Source: a candidate division TA06 bacterium (lineage in GTDB: Bacteria > Hydrothermota > DG-26 > E44-bin18). Taken from it: 64,000 bases of DNA. Where the stretch lies: contig SOJN01000094.1 of NCBI GenBank assembly GCA_004376575.1, positions 9,873 through 73,872 on the forward strand, written 5' to 3'. Each line of letters starts with the position of its first letter. The stretch's first letter is position 1. This document shows positions 29,565-38,417 of this stretch, piece after piece. The notes beneath the pieces were generated by a model. It was given only the letters and a program-made list of their open reading frames with translations, had not been told where the DNA came from and searched no databases. The position numbers were made by a program, and so were the translations under genes.

Positions 29565-29759
29565 ATGAAGCTGAAGGAACTGATTCTGAAAGAGATTGAG
29601 AAGGTCCCTGAGGAGTATCTTGCCGAAATACTCGATTTTATACGCTTCCTGGAAACAAAGGGATGGGGAGAGGGGATGGGTACGGCGGTTGCGAGCGAAA
29701 CGTCCCTCAGGAAAGACTGGCTAAGACCTGAGGAGGATGAAGCTTGGCAAGATCTGTAA
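29565..29759 (+). CDS. DUF2281-type antitoxin
   Basis: 64 aa. LKEIEKVPEEYLAEILDFIRFLETK. Overlaps the downstream MazF-like gene by 16 nt. Confidence 0.7.
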   Translation: MKLKELILKEIEKVPEEYLAEILDFIRFLETKGWGEGMGTAVASETSLRKDWLRPEEDEAWQDL

Positions 29760-30076
29760 AAGGAGATGTGGTAGTTGTGCCGTTTCCATTCTCGGACCTA
29801 ACGCATGCCAAAAAGCGTCCTGCCTTGGTTGTCGCGGAGTTGGAAGGGGATGATCTAATTCTTTGCCAGATTACGAGTCAGCAGATCAGCGACAGATATG
29901 CGGTTCCGATTGAAGAAAATGACTTTGAGAGAGGGACACTCAGACAGAAGAGTAATGTGCGGCCGAGCCGGATATTCACGGCAGACCGCCATATTGTCTT
30001 GTATCGTGTTGGCCATCTCAAAAGTGGGAAGACTAACCAAGTCATAGAGACAATCCTGGATATTCTACGCCAGTGA
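29744..30076 (+). CDS. PemK/MazF family type II toxin (endoribonuclease)
   Basis: 110 aa. KGDVVVVPFPFSDLTHAKKRPALVV...CQITSQ...SNVRPSRIFT. TTG start at 29744. Confidence 0.85.
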   Translation: MARSVKGDVVVVPFPFSDLTHAKKRPALVVAELEGDDLILCQITSQQISDRYAVPIEENDFERGTLRQKSNVRPSRIFTADRHIVLYRVGHLKSGKTNQVIETILDILRQ

Positions 30077-30155
30077 ATTGGGCGACCTCTGGCAGAGCGT
30101 ACATAGACTTCGCGACCTTCACAATCTCCCAGCTCTTGCCTACAACAGTTGCGTC

Positions 30156-30184
30156 TTGACATTTCTTTTGCTCTGGTGTTTAAT
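30156..30184 (+). promoter_or_regulatory. Sigma70-type promoter candidate (TTGACA-17-TTTAAT) for the first propeller-repeat cargo gene
   Basis: TTGACA at 30156..30161, a -10-like element at 30179..30184, and AAGGAGG before ATG 30241. Confidence 0.35.
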
Positions 30185-30240
30185 TCTCATGCAAAGGCAG
30201 AAGAGGCGCCTTTTTCGGGAGCGGATCAAATAAGGAGGAG

Positions 30241-31710
30241 ATGATGGGCGCAACTCTCCGAAGTCGTGTGATCATGTCCCTTGTATTTGGGATTTGTTTC
30301 TTGTTTCCTCTCACACCCCAGCCGTCCCTTGCCCAGATCACCTTTGAGAGGACGTATGGCGGGGCCATGGAAGATAGAGCCTTCTGTGTACAGCAGACCG
30401 CCGACGGAGGTTATGTTCTGGTCGGACTGACATCGTCCTTTGGTGCAGGATTTGAGGATGTCTATGTTGTCAAGACTGATTCCATAGGTGATCCCATCTG
30501 GACCAGAACATACGGAGGCTCATCCTTCGACGATGCTGCATTCGTGGAGCAAACGAATGATCGTGGATACATTATCGCTGGGACAGCCTTTGTGATTGCT
30601 GACAGCGCCTTCAGGATCTATTTGATCAAGACGGACTCTCTTGGTGACAGCCTGTGGACTCGCACTTACGGCAACTCACTGGCAGATTTTGGCTCCTGTG
30701 TACGCCAGACCAAAGATGGGGGCTACATCGTCGCAGGAGTGTATAGTTACAATGATGTCTATCTCATCAAGACTGATTCCGTGGGGGACAGTCTGTGGAG
30801 CGGGGTCTACGGCGACTTCACCCCAGAATATGGGTACGGTGTACAAGAAACAGACGATGGCGGTTACATAGTAGTGGGGCGGTACTTCGCTGGGCCACGT
30901 AACGATGTCTACCTGGTAAAGACCGACTCGATCGGAAACGCCCTTTGGACGAAAACCTACGGAGGGGATGATAGCGATGTTGGGTATTGTGTGGAACAGA
31001 CTGGAGATGGTGGATATGTACTCGTGGGGTATACATCTTCTTTCGGGGCAGGACAAGAAGATATATATCTGATCAGAACTGATTCCTCTGGTGATACCTT
31101 GTGGACCAGGACTTATGGAGGTAATTCGCTTGACTGGGGTTACCTTGTGCACGAAACCTCCGATGGTGGCTATGTTATCTGCGGCGGCACTTGGTCTTTT
31201 GGCCCTGGCCATATAGACGCATATCTGATCAAAACTGATTCCTTTGGGGATACCATTTGGACCAGGACCTTTGGTGGGTTCAGTGAGGACTGGGGCAGTT
31301 GCGTTCAGATTACTGACGACGGCGGCTATGTAGTCGCTGGATGGGCTGCTTCGTTCGGTGCTGGGAACTACGATTTCTACCTGATCAAGACAGACAGTCT
31401 CGGACGAGTGCTGGGAATCCAGGAACAAGACCGAAAATCGAAAATCGAAGATCGAAAATCGCTGCAGAATCAGCCAAATCCATTTCACGGTTCCACTCTA
31501 ATCTCATACTCGATGGCAGTACCTGCTCAGGTCACCCTCAAAATCTACGACATCATTGGGCGCCTGGTGGAGACCCTTGTGAATGAGACTCAAGGACCAG
31601 GCCTACACCGAGTGCGTTGGGATGCCAAAGATCAACCCTCTGGGATCTATTTCTACAGGCTCAGGGCTGGCGACTTCACGGCCGCCAAGAAAATGATCTT
31701 GGTGCGCTAG
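30241..31710 (+). CDS. Seven-repeat (propeller-like) secreted protein with a T9SS C-terminal sorting domain, paralog 1
   Basis: Signal peptide. Seven ~47-52-aa repeats of consensus W.RTYGG...D.g.sVqQT.DGGYi.aG.T.SFGaG..DvYLiKTDs.Gd.l. C-terminus NQPNPFHGSTLISY...LKIYDIIGRLV...GIYFYRL...MILVR. Confidence 0.8.
   Translation: MMGATLRSRVIMSLVFGICFLFPLTPQPSLAQITFERTYGGAMEDRAFCVQQTADGGYVLVGLTSSFGAGFEDVYVVKTDSIGDPIWTRTYGGSSFDDAAFVEQTNDRGYIIAGTAFVIADSAFRIYLIKTDSLGDSLWTRTYGNSLADFGSCVRQTKDGGYIVAGVYSYNDVYLIKTDSVGDSLWSGVYGDFTPEYGYGVQETDDGGYIVVGRYFAGPRNDVYLVKTDSIGNALWTKTYGGDDSDVGYCVEQTGDGGYVLVGYTSSFGAGQEDIYLIRTDSSGDTLWTRTYGGNSLDWGYLVHETSDGGYVICGGTWSFGPGHIDAYLIKTDSFGDTIWTRTFGGFSEDWGSCVQITDDGGYVVAGWAASFGAGNYDFYLIKTDSLGRVLGIQEQDRKSKIEDRKSLQNQPNPFHGSTLISYSMAVPAQVTLKIYDIIGRLVETLVNETQGPGLHRVRWDAKDQPSGIYFYRLRAGDFTAAKKMILVR
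31351..31512 (+). repeat. 162-bp segment identical to 35491..35652 (last repeat/linker/start of the sorting domain of paralog 1)
   Basis: Compared line by line: identical over 162 nt, with mismatches immediately on both sides. Confidence 0.95.
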
Positions 31711-31925
31711 TGGATTCATAGAGCAGGGATGGTGTCTCGAAGTCAAGTCAGGGATCCCGAGCACTTCGGGAAGCTCAGTGTAAACTATATCGAGGGGAGC
31801 TCATCGAGAGGCACTGTCCCCACGTTTTTTATCTGACTGTGCGGCAGGGCCCGAGCCAAGCTCATATGCACCGCCTTTTGGTTGAATACTGCGGATCACT
31901 ACCCGACCTTGAATAGGGGGAGACT

Positions 31926-33071
31926 GTGAGAGGAATTATCGTCTTTGTATTGTTTGTAATGATCTTCGCTCTGAGTTCGGCCAAAGCCGAGGACCTGAGT
32001 CTCCTGTACAACGAGTTCAGAGTGCCGACATACGAAGTCAGGAACTTGTCCGTTTCAGGCCGGGAGATCTTCTACGCATACAAAATGGGAGACCATTATA
32101 TGGTCAGTTCACATCCCTCAGTAAGCATCTACTGGGTCAAGCAAACGCCCAAACTGAACTGGTGGTTGGATGAAGGTGCTTTTCTTGGAGTTCACAAGAG
32201 CGAGAATGCTGATTTGGAGACGGAGTACGGTAACCACCTCCACGCTGCGGGGCGTGTGTATCTTACTAGTTATCAAGGGGTGTTTGTCAAGGCGCGGATC
32301 TACACACGCTATCACAATGACTGGGACGATTATGTCTCGCTCCGGGCAGGACTGGGCGTGGGAAGAGTCACCGAAGTAACATCCGTTGCGCGCGCCATTG
32401 CCGCTTCCAGGGAAGTCTTCTCCGCATCGACTGGAGAGTTATCGAAAGAGGCCATAAAGGATGTTGCAGAGATGATTGACAAAAGGCGGGCCTACGTCGA
32501 AGACTTCAGAGATGAGTGGGAGAGCAGATTCTACGGAGACCTCGGGGAGCTGCTTGAGAGTTACGGCGCCAGTGAACTCAGCTTTGCTCAAGCCTTAAAA
32601 CTGAGGGAAGTGATGTTCAGCCCAGTCTACAGAATCTCCCCGAAGCTTATTGGTTGGGAATTTGCAGTAGAGTATGAGAACAGTCTGACGTACGACGGTG
32701 CCTTCAGAAGAAGCAGGGGCTGGCTCCTCACTAATTTCCAATATGCAAGACCCATGGCGTTGAACCAGCAGTTTCGGGCAAGCTTATATCTTTCGCTCCC
32801 GTTGGGGCAGATGGACCTGCGTAGTGAAGGCCAGGTGTCATATACCATAGACCACAGTTACAACTGGACTTCCTATGCGAGAACTGGCCTGAGGCTAAAG
32901 GCACCTGTAGGAGAGACCGCATCCCACCACTACGAGATCTCGCTGGGAACATACCGCGGAATGAGCACCGACCTATGGGTTCACGGAGGGGCCTCAGTCT
33001 CGAAGGAAGAATTCTGGACTGAAAGCGTGGAGCTCGAAGCTCACCTCGGCTTCACCTACTACATATTCTAG
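31926..33071 (+). CDS. Hypothetical outer-membrane beta-barrel-like protein
   Basis: GTG start, signal peptide MRGIIVFVLFVMIFALSSAKA, alternating amphipathic strands, C-terminal ...HLGFTYYIF (aromatic terminal residue typical of OMPs). Confidence 0.55.
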   Translation: MRGIIVFVLFVMIFALSSAKAEDLSLLYNEFRVPTYEVRNLSVSGREIFYAYKMGDHYMVSSHPSVSIYWVKQTPKLNWWLDEGAFLGVHKSENADLETEYGNHLHAAGRVYLTSYQGVFVKARIYTRYHNDWDDYVSLRAGLGVGRVTEVTSVARAIAASREVFSASTGELSKEAIKDVAEMIDKRRAYVEDFRDEWESRFYGDLGELLESYGASELSFAQALKLREVMFSPVYRISPKLIGWEFAVEYENSLTYDGAFRRSRGWLLTNFQYARPMALNQQFRASLYLSLPLGQMDLRSEGQVSYTIDHSYNWTSYARTGLRLKAPVGETASHHYEISLGTYRGMSTDLWVHGGASVSKEEFWTESVELEAHLGFTYYIF

Positions 33072-33167
33072 ACAAAGAAGAGATCAGTCTCAATTCTCAG
33101 GCCATGTATGCACGGACACTAGAGTCCGATTTTCAAGATTTGATCGTAAAGAGGATCACGATACAAT

Positions 33168-33884
33168 ATGAGCCTAATCAAAGATCTTAGACCGGTAGAG
33201 GCACTCCATCTATTAATTCATGCCAGAAAAGAACTCGACAGGCAATTCTGGGGATTGCCGGATCCCAGACGAAATGCACAAACAAGTTCTCTAGTCGCTA
33301 CTATCGTCTATCTAGCAAATGAAAGATATATTCAACCAAGAAAGCTCAGCTCTTGGGGAGAGCTTAGTTCTTTGGTTTTGCGGTCTATTGCTTTGCAACT
33401 AACTGAAAAAGGCAAAGAGATGCCCAGTTCATTGCGCACATATGAGATGAAATGTCTTGAAGCAATTGCTGAAAATCGTGCAAGGGATTTGTATCATGCG
33501 GTGAGGGATTTTGATTTTAGAGAGTTCTTGGCTAATGAGGGGCTTCTCAGAACACAGAGACGAAAAAGAGGTGTGTGGATTCTCAAATGGACACATACTG
33601 ACTATTTGCCAACCGGAGAATATGAAAAAGCAATGCAAGAATTACACGATCTAAAATGGAAGATACAATCCGCCATCCGGGCTAAAAGCCAGGATAGATA
33701 TCTAATTTCTATGAGTTACGCTTTTCCTAGTGTTGGATCAAATGCCGCTTTCTCAAAATACGCCAAGAAGACTGCACATCCTGTAGATCCTGATTATATA
33801 ATTATTGCAGCACACGCAGCCAAAGGAGCGCGCAGGGTTGCGGATAGAGTCTATCGGAGCGAGCACTCAGGTTCGGGCGGATAA
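33168..33884 (+). CDS. Hypothetical cytoplasmic protein, no recognisable family
   Basis: 238-aa ORF with no signal peptide and somewhat lower GC than its neighbours. I recognise no motif. Confidence 0.5.
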   Translation: MSLIKDLRPVEALHLLIHARKELDRQFWGLPDPRRNAQTSSLVATIVYLANERYIQPRKLSSWGELSSLVLRSIALQLTEKGKEMPSSLRTYEMKCLEAIAENRARDLYHAVRDFDFREFLANEGLLRTQRRKRGVWILKWTHTDYLPTGEYEKAMQELHDLKWKIQSAIRAKSQDRYLISMSYAFPSVGSNAAFSKYAKKTAHPVDPDYIIIAAHAAKGARRVADRVYRSEHSGSGG

Positions 33885-33982
33885 ACATAAGCCTTGGGCT
33901 CAACCAAACCATCCTCCTAATCCTTCCTGTCTCTCTCGTTGTTTTCCAGCATCTTTCCATGCTCGCCTTCTCCGATGCGAAG

Positions 33983-34010
33983 TCTCAGATCTGAGATCTT
34001 CGTTCTGAGA
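33983..34010. repeat. Heptamer-periodic array (TCTCAGA TCTGAGA TCTTCGT TCTGAGA) containing the 14-nt palindrome TCTCAGATCTGAGA
   Basis: Read directly from the sequence. Related arrays lie at 41602-41622, 44303-44320, 54152-54179 and 63491-63505. Confidence 0.7.
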
Positions 34011-34350
34011 TACTAAAAGGTATCCTCAGTCGGCTTTGCCTCTCTTCTTCGGCGGGGTCAGGACAGGAAGGGCCAAAAATGTCTCATGCCAGCAACAATG
34101 TCTTCCTCCGTCGGCTGACGCCGACGAAGGATTCACATCCTTCTAGGAAGCTCACCGCGCTCCGCTTGTGACCTTCAAGAAGGAGTGGAATTCGCAACTG
34201 GCTATTCACAGAGGAAGCGAGAATTCTGTTTGAACAGATTTCTGAACTTTCTTTGGTCTCCTGACCTCGATTCCCCTTGAAATAGGCCCCACAAGAGTCC
34301 ATAATCCACATTCGGGAGCGGAAGGGCCGTCTTCCCAAGGAGAAGACTAG

Positions 34351-35850
34351 GTGAAGCGATTTGCGGGCAAAGCCATCGACGGACAGATTGCTCTATTCAC
34401 CCTTCTTGTCTGCGGTGTTTGTTTGCTGCTCTGCCTTGTTTCCAGTCCCTGCTTTGCCCAGGTCACCTTTGAGAGAACATATGGTGCAACCGCTCGGGAG
34501 TATGGCCACAGCGTCCAGCAGACCTCAGATGGCGGTTATATCGTTGCGGGGGACACGAAATCCTTTGGTGCAGGCCAGAACGATATCTACTTAATCAGGA
34601 CGGATTCGCTTGGAGACATTCTCTGGACAAGAACCTATCGAGGTTCCGACCCCGATCGGGCCTACTCTGTCCAGAAGACTCGTGACGCTGGATTCGTCAT
34701 CTCGGGGGAGACCATCTCCTCCGGCACAGGGGTTTATGATGTTTACTTAGTCAGGGTAGACTCTCTGGGAGACACGCTCTGGACAGCAACTTATGGTGGC
34801 GATGAGTCTGACGCTGGCTACAGCGTCCTGCAGACCTTGGATGGTGGGTATATCATTGCAGGAGAGACAGGGTCCTTTGGTGTGTTTGGAAGGGATGTTT
34901 ACTTAGTCAAGACCGATTCTCTGGGAAATCTGGTCTGGGCTACAACTTGCGGTGAGGATTCCTCTGACGATGTTGGTCGGTGCATTGTGCAAAGCTCGGA
35001 CAAGGGGTATGCAGTCGTAGGAGGGACACACTCTGTGTCGGGCTCAGCTGATGTTTACCTTATCAAGATGGACACTCTAGGAAATGTTCTCTGGACGAGA
35101 TCCTACGGTGGGACTGAGGAGGATTTTGGGTTTTCTGTATTGCAGACTGCTGACGGTGGATACACTATCGCAGGATATACATTCTCTTCGGGTGCAGGAT
35201 GGCACGATGTTTATCTCATCAGGGTGGATTCGTTGGGAGACAGCCTGTGGGCAAGAACCTACGGTGGCGTCAGCAGTGATGTTGCCTACTCAGCGGCGAG
35301 CACTTCGGATGGAGGGTACATCATTGCAGGGGCGAAGCAGTCACCAGGATGGTTTGATGTCTATCTGGTCAGGACGGACTCTGTTGGTGACACCTTGTGG
35401 ACAAGGACCTATGGTGGATACTGGGATGATATGGGTCGCTCCGTACTGCAGACCTTGGATGGTGGGTTTATCGTTGTGGGAGCCACCTGGTCGTTCGGTG
35501 CTGGGAACTACGATTTCTACCTGATCAAGACAGACAGTCTCGGACGAGTGCTGGGAATCCAGGAACAAGACCGAAAATCGAAAATCGAAGATCGAAAATC
35601 GCTGCAGAATCAGCCAAATCCATTTCACGGTTCCACTCTAATCTCATACTCGCTGCCAGCAGCCACATGCGTCACTATTGAAGTCTACGACATCACTGGA
35701 CGGCTGGTGGAGATAGTTGTAAATGAAACACAGAAGTCTGGCATCCATCAAGTCCGCTGGAACAGGAAAGCAAACTCCTGCGGCGTGTATTTCTACAGGT
35801 TGAAGGCAGGCGAGTTCGTCGAGACGAAGAAGATGGTGGTAGTTGAATGA
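34351..35850 (+). CDS. Seven-repeat (propeller-like) secreted protein with a T9SS C-terminal sorting domain, paralog 2
   Basis: GTG start after AAGGAG. Same repeat architecture and sorting domain as paralog 1 (...NQPNPFHGSTLISY...VYDITGRLV...GVYFYRLKAGEFVETKKMVVVE). Confidence 0.8.
   Translation: MKRFAGKAIDGQIALFTLLVCGVCLLLCLVSSPCFAQVTFERTYGATAREYGHSVQQTSDGGYIVAGDTKSFGAGQNDIYLIRTDSLGDILWTRTYRGSDPDRAYSVQKTRDAGFVISGETISSGTGVYDVYLVRVDSLGDTLWTATYGGDESDAGYSVLQTLDGGYIIAGETGSFGVFGRDVYLVKTDSLGNLVWATTCGEDSSDDVGRCIVQSSDKGYAVVGGTHSVSGSADVYLIKMDTLGNVLWTRSYGGTEEDFGFSVLQTADGGYTIAGYTFSSGAGWHDVYLIRVDSLGDSLWARTYGGVSSDVAYSAASTSDGGYIIAGAKQSPGWFDVYLVRTDSVGDTLWTRTYGGYWDDMGRSVLQTLDGGFIVVGATWSFGAGNYDFYLIKTDSLGRVLGIQEQDRKSKIEDRKSLQNQPNPFHGSTLISYSLPAATCVTIEVYDITGRLVEIVVNETQKSGIHQVRWNRKANSCGVYFYRLKAGEFVETKKMVVVE
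35491..35652 (+). repeat. 162-bp segment identical to 31351..31512
   Basis: See 31351..31512. Confidence 0.95.
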
Positions 35851-37346
35851 AAGGCTCAGGAATCAGGAAAGGAACCTACTTTTGTAGATATGTTCGGATT
35901 TCTGTTCTCCTCGTGATGTTCCTCACTCCAGGTGTACTTCTGGCGCAGATTACCTTTGAGAGAACATATGGTGGTGGTCAATTTGATGCTGGGCGCTCAG
36001 TCCAGCAGACCTCAGACGGCGGGTATATCATTGCAGGACAGACTGAGTCTTTCGGCTCAGGCTTGGTCGATGTCTACTTGGTCAAGACGGACTCTCTGGG
36101 TAGTGTTCTCTGGGATACAACCAGCGGTGGTAGTTCGCATGACTGGGGGTTTTCAGTTCAGCAAACCCTTGATGACGGATATATCGTTGGAGGCGTCACA
36201 TCGTCCCAAGGTTCAGGTCTGTTTGATGTTTACCTTGCGAAAACGGACTCATCGGGAAACACTGAGTGGGATATGACATATGGTGGAGCCCAGGACGATT
36301 GGGCAAACTGTGTTCAACAGACCATCGATGGTGGGTATGTAATTGCGGGGCAGACAGGGTCCTTTGGTTCAGATTTGGTTGATGTTTATCTCATCAAGGC
36401 GGACTTCTCGGGAAACATTGAATGGGACACGACATACGGAGGAAATCTCTATGACGGAGGTTGGCATGTTCAGCAGACCACGGACGGTGGCTACATCATC
36501 GCGGGCCAAACTGCATCCTTCGGTGTAGGCGGGGACGATGTTTACCTCATCAAGACAGACTCTCTAGGAGGAGTCCAGTGGGACACAACATACGGAGGAA
36601 GTCTCGATGACGGAGGCTGTTGCGTTCGGCAGACGAGGGATGGTGGCTATATCATAGCAGGACACACATCATCTTTTGGCGTAGGCGGGGACGATGTTTA
36701 CCTGATCAAGATAGATTCTCTGGGAAACATTGAATGGGATACGACATGCGGCGGGACTTCCGAGGATTGCGGATATTCAGTCCAGGAGACCTTTGACGGA
36801 GGGTATATAGTTGGCGGATGGACGAAGTCCTTTGGTGCGGGTATGTACGATGTCTACTTGGCTAAGACAGATTCTGTGGGGAATCTCCTCTGGGATGTGA
36901 CCTATGGGGGCTCATCTGATGACTGGAGCAACTCGGTGCAGCAAACCTCAGACAGTGGCTTCGTAGTCGCAGGATACACCAACTCTTCTGGTGCTGGCGG
37001 AGGTGATGTCTACCTCATCAAGACCGACGAGAATGGCCTGACAGGCATTGAGGAGACAGGCACGAAATCCGCAGTGCCCCATCGATCATTCCAACTATTC
37101 CAGAACCACCCAAATCCCTTCCACCACTCGACCGTCATCTCCTATGTTCTTCCTCAGGCCACTGAAGTCACTCTCGAAATCTACGACATCACTGGACGGT
37201 TGGTTGAGACGCTCGTGAATGAGAGACACGGACCTGGCATCCATCAAGTTCGCTGGGACCGAAAAACCAACCCCAGCGGTGTGTATTTCTATAGGCTAAA
37301 GGCAGGCGAGTTTGTAGAGACGAAGAAGATGGTGGTGGTTCAGTGA
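35847..37346 (+). CDS. Seven-repeat (propeller-like) secreted protein with a T9SS C-terminal sorting domain, paralog 3
   Basis: The ATG overlaps the stop of paralog 2 (ATGA). Seven repeats (W.DTTYGG...), C-terminus NHPNPFHHSTVISY...IYDITGRLV...GVYFYRLKAGEFVETKKMVVVQ. Confidence 0.8.
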   Translation: MKGSGIRKGTYFCRYVRISVLLVMFLTPGVLLAQITFERTYGGGQFDAGRSVQQTSDGGYIIAGQTESFGSGLVDVYLVKTDSLGSVLWDTTSGGSSHDWGFSVQQTLDDGYIVGGVTSSQGSGLFDVYLAKTDSSGNTEWDMTYGGAQDDWANCVQQTIDGGYVIAGQTGSFGSDLVDVYLIKADFSGNIEWDTTYGGNLYDGGWHVQQTTDGGYIIAGQTASFGVGGDDVYLIKTDSLGGVQWDTTYGGSLDDGGCCVRQTRDGGYIIAGHTSSFGVGGDDVYLIKIDSLGNIEWDTTCGGTSEDCGYSVQETFDGGYIVGGWTKSFGAGMYDVYLAKTDSVGNLLWDVTYGGSSDDWSNSVQQTSDSGFVVAGYTNSSGAGGGDVYLIKTDENGLTGIEETGTKSAVPHRSFQLFQNHPNPFHHSTVISYVLPQATEVTLEIYDITGRLVETLVNERHGPGIHQVRWDRKTNPSGVYFYRLKAGEFVETKKMVVVQ

Positions 37347-37388
37347 TTCCGCCGGCGCATAGCCCACAAACAAGAAGGGTGCGGTAGT

Positions 37389-37901
37389 ATGGAACACTTG
37401 AAGAAGAACCTCCTGACGGCTGTTATCCTGATACTCATGTTCCTTGCAGTACAGGCCCTTGCGGAAGAGACGGAGGAAGAATTCAGGAAGATTGAGATAT
37501 CCAAGGGCTTTTTTGCCCCTTCATTCAAGGTCAACGGGGACAAGCTCGAGAAGAACGAGGTTGAGAGAATGGTGCTCTCTCTTGGGGATGAGGAGGCCAC
37601 GGGACAGCTGAGGAGCTACAAACTCTACCACTACGCGAGCCTTGTTCCCTCGGGAGTGGGTGGGTTCCTTATGGGGTACTCCCTCGGTTATGCAGCATTT
37701 GGTGGTGAATTTCCGACGGCCGCGTTCCTTTCGGGCTGCGGTGCGACTGGGGTCGGATTCCTCTTGGACAGCGTTGCTAACAGCAGGCTTGCAGGATCTG
37801 TCGGTCGGTATAATCAGGTCCTCAAGGAGAAGTATGGCATTTCTTTAGTTCCCCAGCCCGGGACATCCCAAGGGCTCCTGTACCTGAGCTATTCATTCTG
37901 A
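37389..37901 (+). CDS. Hypothetical small exported/outer-membrane protein
   Basis: 170 aa. Signal peptide MEHLKKNLLTAVILILMFLAVQALA, Gly-rich hydrophobic segment, C-terminal YLSYSF. Confidence 0.5.
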   Translation: MEHLKKNLLTAVILILMFLAVQALAEETEEEFRKIEISKGFFAPSFKVNGDKLEKNEVERMVLSLGDEEATGQLRSYKLYHYASLVPSGVGGFLMGYSLGYAAFGGEFPTAAFLSGCGATGVGFLLDSVANSRLAGSVGRYNQVLKEKYGISLVPQPGTSQGLLYLSYSF

Positions 37902-37998
37902 TCGCCGGGGTAGGGCTTTCCGCTTCTCTCCCTCGCTGGTGATCCGGCGCGGACACAAAAAGATTTGACATTTCCCACGAGACCTATACCGGGAATAC

Positions 37999-38080
37999 TT
38001 GGGGACGGTGCCCCCGGCCTCGCCAGGGATCTCTATCTTTGAGACACGGAGAGGACACTTGACATTTTGACAGTTTCTGA
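37999..38080. repeat. Repeat U, copy 1 (~81 nt; about 94% identical to 41237..41317)
   Basis: TTGGGGACGGTGCCCCCGGCcTCGCCAGGGATctCTATCTTTGAGACACGGAGAGGACACTTGACaTTTTGACA... aligned by eye to copy 2 (about 4 mismatches and 1 indel). Confidence 0.85.
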
Positions 38081-38164
38081 CGGGCCTGGTCCGCCGCCTT
38101 CTGGCTTTTCGTAGAGGTAGTCTCTCAAGGCGTTAGCCCGACGAAGCCACGGAGGGCGTAGTCG

Positions 38165-38198
38165 GGACCAAAAATAGCTCATGCCGTCTTTCGACGGC
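38165..38198. repeat. 34-nt exact repeat containing the hairpin GCCGTC-TTTC-GACGGC (copy 1)
   Basis: GGACCAAAAATAGCTCATGCCGTCTTTCGACGGC is identical to 38384..38417. A diverged third unit lies at 38313..38346. Confidence 0.9.
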
Positions 38199-38383
38199 CC
38201 AAATAGCGGTATCCTCAGTCGGCTTTGCCGCCTAAGGATTAACTCTTTCTAAGATTCGACCTGCGCGAGCGCTTAAAACCTTAAAAAAGGTAATCCCATG
38301 GCTACCGCCACGGGATCAAAAATGCCACGTGCCGTCCGAGGACGGCCGAAATAGCGGTATCCTCGAGAGGCATAGCCTCTCAA

Positions 38384-38417
38384 GGACCAAAAATAGCTCA
38401 TGCCGTCTTTCGACGGC
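38384..38417. repeat. 34-nt exact repeat (copy 2), forming most of the terminator hairpin next to tRNA-Arg
   Basis: Identical to 38165..38198. Confidence 0.9.

Noticed and set aside
30676-31488. Long antisense or alternate-frame ORFs inside large genes (30676..31488 -, 6036..6959 +, 23941..24624 +, 57360..58208 +, 3014..3598 +, 16447..17007 +).
   Set aside because: Each lies opposite to, or out of frame with, a gene that has clear family motifs. They have biased composition and no independent start signals.
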